Below are positions 29,301 through 35,021 of a stretch of 49,820 bases of DNA, piece after piece. The notes under the pieces are model-generated. The model was not told where the DNA came from and made no database searches. It saw only the letters and a program-made list of their open reading frames with translations. Both the position numbers and the translations under genes were made by a program. Each line of letters begins with the position of its first letter. Position 1 is the first letter of the stretch. Source of the stretch: a bacterium (GTDB lineage: Bacteria > Patescibacteriota > Patescibacteriia > Patescibacteriales > GWC2-42-12); assembly GCA_043807825.1 (NCBI GenBank), contig JAZDFM010000029.1, forward strand, positions 1 to 49,820, given 5' to 3'.

Positions 29301-30323
29301 TCAATTGGAGAACCTGGAACTCAGCTTACAATGAGAACATTTCATACCGGAGGAGTGGCGGGGCAGGAAGATATTACGCAGGGACTTCCAAGGGTGGAAG
29401 AAATTTTTGAAGCTCGCCCTCCGAAAAAGAAAGCTTTCATAGCCGATGTGGCCGGAAAAGTTAAAATTGAAACCGCCCAAAGGACTATCGCCGGAGAATC
29501 CGGAGAAATAGTTGTTTCAAATCCGCAATCAAAAATTTTGAAAATATACTATAACGGTTCGGAAAGCGACGCGTATTCTTTCGCCGAAGCTATTCGCGAA
29601 GCCGGAGCCAAACAATCGGAGAAAGTCAAATTGCTGGTAAAAGAAGGCGATGAAGTTGTTAAAAACAGCGAGTTGTTTTCTGTCGGAGAAAAGGTCTTTA
29701 AATCCAAAAAAGCCGGTTTGGTAAAATTGGATGCCAAGTCGGTTAAAGTCGTAAGCGACGCGGAAAGAGTTAAAGAATATATTGTTCCCAAGGGTTTCGG
29801 AATATGGGTTAAAGACGGGGATGAAGTCAAAATCGGAGATCAATTGACCGAAGGATCTTTTGATTTGCACCAGTTGTACCAGCTTCGCGGAAAATTGGAA
29901 GCGCAAAAATATATTATCAAAGAAATCCAATATGTTTATTCGTCTCAAGGACAGCCGTTAAACGACAAGCATATAGAAATAATCGCCCGCCAGATGTTCG
30001 CGCGCGTTTATGTCAATAACGCGGGAGACACTGAATTGTTGCCCGGAGAAATAGTTGAAAAGGCCATTTTTGACAGGACTAACGAGGATTGCAAAAATAA
30101 AAATAAAAAAGCGGCCGAAGGCGATTTCTTGCTGTTGGGAATAACCAAATCTTCTTTGACCACAAACAGCTTTTTGTCGGCGGCGTCATTCCAGGAAACA
30201 GCCAGAGTTTTAATTGACGCGGCCGTAACCGGAAAAATTGATAATCTTGAAGGGTTGAAAGAAAATGTCATTATCGGCCGTCCGATTCCGGCAGGCACGG
30301 GCTATCGGCAGAAAGCGGATTAA
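26391..30323 (+). CDS. rpoC: DNA-directed RNA polymerase beta' subunit
   Basis: Zinc finger CYCGKYKK..YKGVICDKCGVEV, catalytic NADFDGDQM, 1310 aa. Confidence 0.97.
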   Translation: MLNPIKTTDFDAIKLKLASPEEILKWSHGEVIRPETINYRTQKPEKDGLFCERIFGPSKDWECYCGKYKKIRYKGVICDKCGVEVTRSLVRRERMGHIKLEAPVSHIWFLRGTSSKIGLILDLPMQAMEKVVYFASFVISDVNEDLRLATIEQIKQEYKSKRKSIENDWQKQVNEIKNKKGKLLSQGESESDIERMLSAEIESLEKIKHDKLDNLEQAFEQAQKELKDLKPLTIISESAYQNLSLKYGHIFTADIGASAIRKLLEKIDLDKTIEIVSKELVSAIDSKKDKMIRRLKLLKSLKANNLRPEWMVLNVVPVIPPDLRPMVPLDGGRFATSDLNDLYRRIINRNNRLKQLIELNAPEVICRNEKRMLQEAVDALIDNSIRHGKTVVASTGQKRMLKSLADSLKGKQGRFRQNLLGKRIDYSGRSVIVVNPNLNLDQCGLPKRMALELFKPFIISKLINKEIVHNVRSASRYIESGKDEVWDILEDIVKKSYVMLNRAPTLHRLGIQAFKPILIEGLAIQINPLVCTAFNADFDGDQMAVHVPLTEEAIAEARDIMLASHNLLKPATGDPVVAPNQDIVWGAFYITNIDDDYLNADEKKLKNFYSVDDAKLSYDMKNIKLQQKIRVIIDGEFVITTVGRVIFNEVLPVKLRFVNETVGKGKLKNLVKECLRFYGEQQTIDLLDDLKKVSFKYITKSGLSWGMDDIPHLYEKDEMISKASEQAEEIREQYRDGLLTDSERYSKTIELWTTVKEKVIEICKNHLPKNGPVYSMIESGARGSWAQLTQIIGMKGLVTSPSGDIIELPVKGNFKKGFSVLEYFISTHGVRKGLSDTALRTSNAGYLTRRLVDVSQDIIVVKDDCGDEEGLLLTKKESEEMGVNLIKRATGRFLAADLKNKNGKVLINAGELVTEELAEKIAKENIEEARIKSVLTCKVHRGICAKCYGYDLAYNKTVKIGTAVGIIAAQSIGEPGTQLTMRTFHTGGVAGQEDITQGLPRVEEIFEARPPKKKAFIADVAGKVKIETAQRTIAGESGEIVVSNPQSKILKIYYNGSESDAYSFAEAIREAGAKQSEKVKLLVKEGDEVVKNSELFSVGEKVFKSKKAGLVKLDAKSVKVVSDAERVKEYIVPKGFGIWVKDGDEVKIGDQLTEGSFDLHQLYQLRGKLEAQKYIIKEIQYVYSSQGQPLNDKHIEIIARQMFARVYVNNAGDTELLPGEIVEKAIFDRTNEDCKNKNKKAAEGDFLLLGITKSSLTTNSFLSAASFQETARVLIDAAVTGKIDNLEGLKENVIIGRPIPAGTGYRQKAD

Positions 30324-30356
30324 AAAATGTTTATTTGTTCTTTTAGATAAAAAATA

Positions 30357-30394
30357 AAAAAGGCATTGCGGTGAAAACCATGATGCCTTTTTTA
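30357..30394 (+). terminator. rho-independent terminator after rpoC
   Basis: aaaaaggcat...atgccttttt stem followed by a T run. Confidence 0.75.
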
Positions 30395-30409
30395 TTTGAA
30401 GAAAAATTT

Positions 30410-30452
30410 GACCCCTTTAATAAAGGGGTCGCCCGTTAGGGCGGGGGATTTT
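30410..30452. repeat. double-hairpin palindromic element (CCCCTTTAATAAAGGGG type), probable terminator for porB
   Basis: gacccctttaataaaggggtc is a perfect palindrome, followed by the cgcccgttagggcg hairpin and ggggatttt. A related copy sits inside porB at 31085-31118. Confidence 0.8.
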
Positions 30453-30476
30453 AATGTAGCGTTAAAAAGATGGCGG

Positions 30477-31403
30477 TTATAATCCGTATTTTTTTATATT
30501 TTCATCGGCTAATTTTTGGATGTAAGCTATTTGCGATTTGCCGCGTTCATCTTTGAATAAATGCTTAAAACGCCCTTGCGGTTTTAAATAATCTTCAACC
30601 GGCTGGCGTTTTTCCGGCAGTTTGATCACTTCTCCAAGCTGTCCGTTAACATATTCCACAGCCGGATAGATTCCGGTTAAAACCGCCAATTTGGCGATGT
30701 TTAATGTTTGATTTGGTTCAATTTTCCATCCGGGAACGCATGGCGACAAAATTTGGACATAAGACGGGCCTTGGGTTTCGGCGGCTTTTTTTATTTTTTT
30801 GATTATATCCAGCGGATAAGCGGCTGTGGTTTGCGCCGCGTATTTAAGGCCATGCGCCAAAGCTATGGCTATCATGTCTTTTTTCATGAAATGAGATCCT
30901 GCCGGCGTGGTTGTGGTATTGGCCGCCCAGGGAGTCGCCGCGCTTGCCTGCGCCCCGGTATTCATATAGCCTTCATTGTCATAGCAGATATAAATGATAT
31001 TTTCGCCCCTTTCCCACATTCCGCTGATAAGACCCAAGCCAATGTCAAACGAGCCTCCGTCTCCGCCTTGCGCGACAACTTTAATACCCCCTTTAATAAA
31101 GGGGGGCAGGGGGGATTTATTTTTTTCTTTGTGATCCAGAGCCGCTCTGATTCCCGAAGCTACGGCGGCCGCGTTTTCAAACAAAGAATGGATCCATGGC
31201 ATGCCCCAGCTTGATTCGGGATAAGGAGTGGTGACAACTTCCAAGCATCCGGTGGCATTGGCGATGATCGTATTCGGTCCGAGCGTGTCCGCTACTAATC
31301 GCGCCGCGATTATTTGAGCGCATCCGGCGCAACCGCGATGGCCCGGGGAGAGGAGCGAGGGCTTGGTGTTTGCGTTTTTTTTGGCTGTTATTGTATTGTT
31401 CAT
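30477..31403 (-). CDS. porB: pyruvate/2-oxoacid:ferredoxin oxidoreductase beta subunit (TPP-binding)
   Basis: GHRGCAGCAQ, GCLEV..TPYP, GGDGG..DIG and YDNE.YMNTG motifs of POR/OFOR beta subunits. Confidence 0.9.
   Translation of the reverse strand: MNNTITAKKNANTKPSLLSPGHRGCAGCAQIIAARLVADTLGPNTIIANATGCLEVVTTPYPESSWGMPWIHSLFENAAAVASGIRAALDHKEKNKSPLPPFIKGGIKVVAQGGDGGSFDIGLGLISGMWERGENIIYICYDNEGYMNTGAQASAATPWAANTTTTPAGSHFMKKDMIAIALAHGLKYAAQTTAAYPLDIIKKIKKAAETQGPSYVQILSPCVPGWKIEPNQTLNIAKLAVLTGIYPAVEYVNGQLGEVIKLPEKRQPVEDYLKPQGRFKHLFKDERGKSQIAYIQKLADENIKKYGL
31085..31118. repeat. palindromic element inserted in frame within porB
   Basis: ccccctttaataaaggggg followed by caggggggattt. It encodes KSPLPPFIKGG just before the conserved VVAQGGDGG block. 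Confidence 0.75.
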
Positions 31404-31427
31404 ATTTTATTAGAAATTAGAAATTTT

Positions 31428-31646
31428 TTAATTCGTTTCCATTACTTGCTTCTTAATGCCTCCGAGTCTGATTTTATCCGTTTGGCCGATAAATTTGGTC
31501 GCGTTCAGTATTTCAATTAAAACCGGTTTTTTGTTTTTTGACAAGTGAATTATGAAGTTGCCGAATTCCAAACAATGGTCAATCGGATCTTTTGACAATT
31601 CCCATGATATTAAGTTTGCATCAAGATCGTATCGCATATTACGCAT
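31428..31646 (-). CDS. DUF2283-like small protein (putative antitoxin partner)
   Basis: MRYDLDANLISWELS...VLIEILNATKF resembles the YD.e.D.ly / GiEil pattern of DUF2283. It overlaps the upstream DUF4258-like gene by 8 nt. Confidence 0.55.
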   Translation of the reverse strand: MRNMRYDLDANLISWELSKDPIDHCLEFGNFIIHLSKNKKPVLIEILNATKFIGQTDKIRLGGIKKQVMETN

Positions 31647-31860
31647 TTTTTATCGGAAAAAATGTGATTATTTTAAAAATATCCCCGTCTTTTTTATAAA
31701 TAACTTTTATATTTTCTTTTTGAGCGGCAAAAAGCCCGTCTTTTTTTCCTGTTTTATCGGGCGCGCCTATCGCGTCTTCAATTTGTTCGCGCGTAAAAAA
31801 TATTTTATGCTTATTTAAGATATCAAATTTTGATTCCGCGTATTTAGTAAAGTAAAGCAT
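31639..31860 (-). CDS. DUF4258-like small protein (putative toxin)
   Basis: 73 aa. The FTKYAESKFDILNKHKIFFTREQIEDAI layout resembles DUF4258, which commonly pairs with DUF2283. Confidence 0.5.
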   Translation of the reverse strand: MLYFTKYAESKFDILNKHKIFFTREQIEDAIGAPDKTGKKDGLFAAQKENIKVIYKKDGDIFKIITFFPIKNA

Positions 31861-31862
31861 AT

Positions 31863-32102
31863 TTATGAGTTATAAGTATGATCATTTTTTCGCTCTATGG
31901 TTAAAATTGATATTTTTTCATCGCCGAGGCGATAAATAATTCTGATTTTTCCTTTACGGACGCGGTAAATATCCTGTCGGCCTTTTAGTTTTTTTATATC
32001 AAGATTATCAAAATCACGGCAATTGATTTTAATTAGAATCGTTTTAATAATTTCTTTTTCTTCGGCCGCCATTTTTTTCAGCGTTTTGGCGATTTTATCC
32101 AT
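31863..32102 (-). CDS. RelE/ParE-family type II toxin
   Basis: 79 aa. KKLKGRQDIYRVRKGKIRIIYRL....ISILTIERKNDHTY matches the RelE/ParE core pattern. It starts 3 nt after the Phd-like gene. Confidence 0.7.
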   Translation of the reverse strand: MDKIAKTLKKMAAEEKEIIKTILIKINCRDFDNLDIKKLKGRQDIYRVRKGKIRIIYRLGDEKISILTIERKNDHTYNS

Positions 32103-32105
32103 AGG

Positions 32106-32318
32106 TTATAAACGCGATAATATTTCTTTAATATCAACGCCGCCTTTTTTTATTTTGGTGAAGTCAATAATTTCCTCCCATTGTTCTTCCTGAAGAGGAG
32201 ATATGCGAAACAAAGGCTTTGATTGCTTAAAAACTATAAATGATTCGCCATTGGCGATGCGTTTAGCGTAATCAATCATATTTTCCCTTAAAGTTTTTAA
32301 ACCGACGGTATTTTCCAT
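32106..32318 (-). CDS. Phd/YefM-family antitoxin
   Basis: 70 aa. GLKTLRENMIDYAKRIANGESFIVFKQSKPLFRI is the Phd/YefM N-terminal fold pattern. Confidence 0.7.
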   Translation of the reverse strand: MENTVGLKTLRENMIDYAKRIANGESFIVFKQSKPLFRISPLQEEQWEEIIDFTKIKKGGVDIKEILSRL

Positions 32319-32324
32319 AATTTT

Positions 32325-32377
32325 AAAGTTAATTTTTAAATTAACTTTAGTTTAACAAAAAATTAACTTATTGTCAA
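32325..32377 (-). promoter_or_regulatory. promoter (TTGACA-17-TAAACT) with 24-bp palindromic operator for the Phd/RelE pair
   Basis: On the minus strand, ttgaca lies at 32372-32377 and taaact at 32349-32354. The palindrome aaagttaatttttaaattaacttt (32325-32348, 11-bp arms) sits between the -10 box and the ATG. An extra half-site aattaactt is at 32361-32369. Confidence 0.65.
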
Positions 32378-32390
32378 TTGAAAAATATTT

Positions 32391-33473
32391 TTAAAAGTTG
32401 CACCATTTGCTGTTAGCTTCCCACGGGCCCCAACCCGAACCGCCGGCTAACCTTTTGGCGTTGCTGACGCTTATAGCCGGATTGGAGGCGGCGGCCACGC
32501 ATTTATTGTATAAAACAACATCGGTTACAGAGCAACTCGGACTGCTATTGACCCATGCTTTGTTGCCGAAAGCGTCAGGGCAATTCAGTTTGTTGTTGTT
32601 TTCATCTATCAAATAATTCGCCGACAAATTAAATTGGAACAAACCCCAAACAGCGTAATAATCGCCATTGCCGCATTTGGTTAAAGGATTTTTTGCATCG
32701 GCTTTGCCGGAACTTTCCGCCATACAGATGGCTGACGCTTCTCCGGCCTTATCGCCGAAAGCGGACATTTTGAATATGGAGCATTCGCCGGTTTCCGTCG
32801 GCTTGCATTGTCTGGAAAATTCTTCCGTGTTTTTCGGTTCCGGAATTTGACCGGCTATCTGAATATTGATCGGATTGAAATTAACTAAAGCAGGATTAAC
32901 TTGATAAAGAATAGTATAAGAGCATAAAGCTATGATTAGTCCGGTTAGGCTCGCGCCGATCCACGCTTTGGCTTCGCCGATCATGGTGGCGCTGCCGCCG
33001 GCGATTATCCAGAGAACGCCACCGACCATCAAAACCACGGCCGCTAAAATGCCGACTATGCCGATGGCGTATTTGTAAATTCCGGCGATGTATTCGCCGA
33101 TCCATGGGTAACTGCAGACTTTTTTGCCGTTTTGCTCCACGCATTTTATGGCGCTGCCTTTGGTTAAAATAAGGCCGGGTATGTCTATTTGAAATTGAAA
33201 ATCAGGAATTTTTATTTCCGGCATAGTGTCGTTGACTTCGTGCGGTATAGTGGTTTCCACAACGCAAGAATAAGTTGCTTTTCCGCCGATAGTGCTTCCG
33301 CCGGTTTGAATGCATAAATAGCCGCTGTCGCATGTTTTGTCGCCAAGGCCGGAGCAAGGTTTTCCTATTATCATTTCCGCCGAAACTGAAGGTGAAAATG
33401 AAAAAAATAATAACAGCAAGCTGAAAAATTGCGCGACAATAACTATGTATGAAATTTTATTTTTTGGATCCAT
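32391..33473 (-). CDS. exported protein: N-terminal Cys-containing region, TrbC/VirB2-like pilin hairpin, C-terminal lysozyme-like domain
   Basis: Signal peptide ending SVSA. Two-TM core IYKYAIGIVGILAAVVLMVGGVLWIIAGG...GEAKAWIGASLTGLIIALCSY fits the type IV secretion pilin pattern. The C-terminal ICMAESSG...VWGLFQFN...GWGPWEANSKWC with 8 Cys resembles the lysozyme/SLT fold. Confidence 0.7.
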   Translation of the reverse strand: MDPKNKISYIVIVAQFFSLLLLFFSFSPSVSAEMIIGKPCSGLGDKTCDSGYLCIQTGGSTIGGKATYSCVVETTIPHEVNDTMPEIKIPDFQFQIDIPGLILTKGSAIKCVEQNGKKVCSYPWIGEYIAGIYKYAIGIVGILAAVVLMVGGVLWIIAGGSATMIGEAKAWIGASLTGLIIALCSYTILYQVNPALVNFNPINIQIAGQIPEPKNTEEFSRQCKPTETGECSIFKMSAFGDKAGEASAICMAESSGKADAKNPLTKCGNGDYYAVWGLFQFNLSANYLIDENNNKLNCPDAFGNKAWVNSSPSCSVTDVVLYNKCVAAASNPAISVSNAKRLAGGSGWGPWEANSKWCNF

Positions 33474-33476
33474 AAA

Positions 33477-34328
33477 TTAGTTGCACATTGCGCCTGATTG
33501 TGTTGATTCGCAATCTCCGTTGCAACATTCATAATTGGCGAATAGCGGGTCAGAGCATAAAAAATTGGTATTTTTGCATGGTTCGCATTTTTTATTTTTG
33601 CAATATCCTTTTCCTCCTTTTGGGGTATTGCAAATTTCATGGTCGTTTTCGCTATTGCAATCCGATGGCAATTCTTCATTGCAAACATATACTCCGTTAA
33701 CGCTTTCGCAATTTCCTCCGCAACATTCTGGATTTGATGAGCATTTGAAACCTTGTTTCAAGCATTGTTGGCACTCTCCATTTTGGCAATATCCGCTTTG
33801 GTTATTAACGACGCAATAATTTCCGTCTTGGCTGCAATCATAATAAATATTCGCGCTGTTTGTTTTTTTATCTGCAACTTGTTGAATCGCCGTTGTTTTT
33901 AAATCTACCAGTGCCGGATTGACCGTGGCTAAAATCACATAAGAGCATAAAGCGATAAGCAAACCGGCGAACGAAGCGCCTATCCACGCCTTGGCTTCGC
34001 CGATGGCGGCGGAATTTCCTCCGGCTATAATCCACATTACGCCGCCGACCATCAAAACCACGGCCGCCAGAATGCCGACTATGCCGATGGCGTATTTGTA
34101 AATAGCTCTGATGTAGTTTGCTATGTTGCCTGTGCTTTTGTCGCTTGAATCAAATTTATAATCTCCGACCTGAACTTGCGGAATGAATTCAATGCCATCA
34201 TCAGCGGCTTGTCCGGCGTTCGGCGCGAAAGTTAAAAATAATAAGCAAGAAAGCTGAAAAATAAAAATCGCCAGGAAAAGAATTGTTAAAATTTTCGGAA
34301 AATGTTTTAGCATAAATTTTTGGATCAT
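33477..34328 (-). CDS. exported protein: TrbC/VirB2-like pilin hairpin with C-terminal tandem 10-Cys knottin-like modules
   Basis: Signal peptide ending AGQA. Same two-TM core as the downstream paralog (55 of 66 residues identical). The C-terminal 119 aa hold 20 Cys in two modules with conserved spacing. Confidence 0.7.
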   Translation of the reverse strand: MIQKFMLKHFPKILTILFLAIFIFQLSCLLFLTFAPNAGQAADDGIEFIPQVQVGDYKFDSSDKSTGNIANYIRAIYKYAIGIVGILAAVVLMVGGVMWIIAGGNSAAIGEAKAWIGASFAGLLIALCSYVILATVNPALVDLKTTAIQQVADKKTNSANIYYDCSQDGNYCVVNNQSGYCQNGECQQCLKQGFKCSSNPECCGGNCESVNGVYVCNEELPSDCNSENDHEICNTPKGGKGYCKNKKCEPCKNTNFLCSDPLFANYECCNGDCESTQSGAMCN

Positions 34329-34359
34329 AGATCAAGCCCGGGATGACTGGAGCAGGGGA

Positions 34360-34632
34360 TTATAAATGCCGGTAGATATCGTGATTGCCAATTGAGATAA
34401 AAAGGATGTCGCCGTTTTTCTGTCGTTCAAAAATAATTCTATAGTTGGCGTTGATGGAAATTGACCAAATACATTTAAATTCACCGCGCAGTTCATGCAG
34501 GCGCAGGGAAGGATGAAGCGGGTTTGCTTTAAAAATTTTTTCTTTTTTTATAGCAATGTCTAAAAGTTCTTTAGGCAATTTTTTTAAATTTTTAATAAAA
34601 CTTGTTGAATATTCAATCTTTTTAACAATCAT
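34360..34632 (-). CDS. RelE/ParE-family type II toxin (mRNA interferase-like)
   Basis: 90 aa. NPLHPSLRLHELRGEFKCIWSISINANYRIIFER...ILFISIGNHDIY matches the RelE/YafQ-type pattern. It overlaps the antitoxin gene by 4 nt. Confidence 0.75.
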   Translation of the reverse strand: MIVKKIEYSTSFIKNLKKLPKELLDIAIKKEKIFKANPLHPSLRLHELRGEFKCIWSISINANYRIIFERQKNGDILFISIGNHDIYRHL

Positions 34633-34859
34633 AAAAGATAGGCCAAGGAGTCGGCTTTTATTGTTTTTCCGTTTTTATATTCTTCCCGAGACTCTATGAT
34701 AGCTGCCATTAATTCTTTGTCAGATATAGTATTATTATTGTCCGCTTCAAAAAGATATTTAAAATATTCGCTGATTGAAGCAAAGCCGCTGTGTTTTATA
34801 TGGTTTTTTAATTTTTTTACCATGTTTTCCGGCAGAGAAACGCTTATGACTTGTCTCAT
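34629..34859 (-). CDS. ribbon-helix-helix antitoxin
   Basis: 76 aa. The N-terminal VISVSLPENMVKKLKNHIK...SISEYFKYLF strand-helix-helix layout fits an RHH fold. It lies upstream of and is translationally coupled to the RelE-like gene. Confidence 0.65.
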   Translation of the reverse strand: MRQVISVSLPENMVKKLKNHIKHSGFASISEYFKYLFEADNNNTISDKELMAAIIESREEYKNGKTIKADSLAYLL

Positions 34860-34888
34860 AAATATATTGGTTAATTATTATGTTATAA

Positions 34889-34917
34889 TTGTATTACAAT
34901 CGTAATACAATGTCAAG
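34889..34917 (-). promoter_or_regulatory. promoter (TTGACA-17-TACAAT) with palindromic operator for the RHH/RelE pair
   Basis: On the minus strand, ttgaca lies at 34912-34917 and tacaat at 34889-34894. The inverted repeat gtattac/gtaatac (34892-34898 and 34903-34909) overlaps the -10 hexamer and the spacer. Confidence 0.7.
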
Positions 34918-34945
34918 ATTCAATCTATTCTTGCCGCTGGCTTCT

Positions 34946-34970
34946 GGATTCCCGCCTGCCAGGAATGACG
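34946..34970 (+). repeat. REP-like palindromic unit, GGATTCC...GGAATGACG variant
   Basis: ggattcccgcctgccaggaatgacg has the same frame (GATTxC loop GxAATGAC) as the GAGATTGC family and sits immediately beside a family member. Confidence 0.6.
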
Positions 34971-34977
34971 AAACCGT

Positions 34978-35019
34978 GAGATTGCTTCGTCGGACGAGTA
35001 CGGCCTCCTCGCAATGACA
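34978..35019 (+). repeat. REP-like unit, GAGATTGC...GCAATGACA family
   Basis: gagattgcttcgtcggacgagtacggcctcctcgcaatgaca ends 2 nt from the porA stop codon. Confidence 0.8.
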
Positions 35020-35021
35020 AA

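Larger units (their letters stand above)
31404..35021 (-). other. accessory island between porA and porB (three TA-like pairs plus two pilin-core Cys-rich exported proteins)
   Basis: Eight co-oriented ORFs interrupt an otherwise canonical porG-porD-porA ... porB order. The porA-proximal end is flanked by REP-like elements and an autonomous promoter. Confidence 0.7.

Noticed and set aside
30708-31214. 168-aa plus-strand ORF antisense to porB
   Set aside because: It is embedded in a well-supported TPP-enzyme gene on the other strand and is an Arg/Gly-rich artefact.
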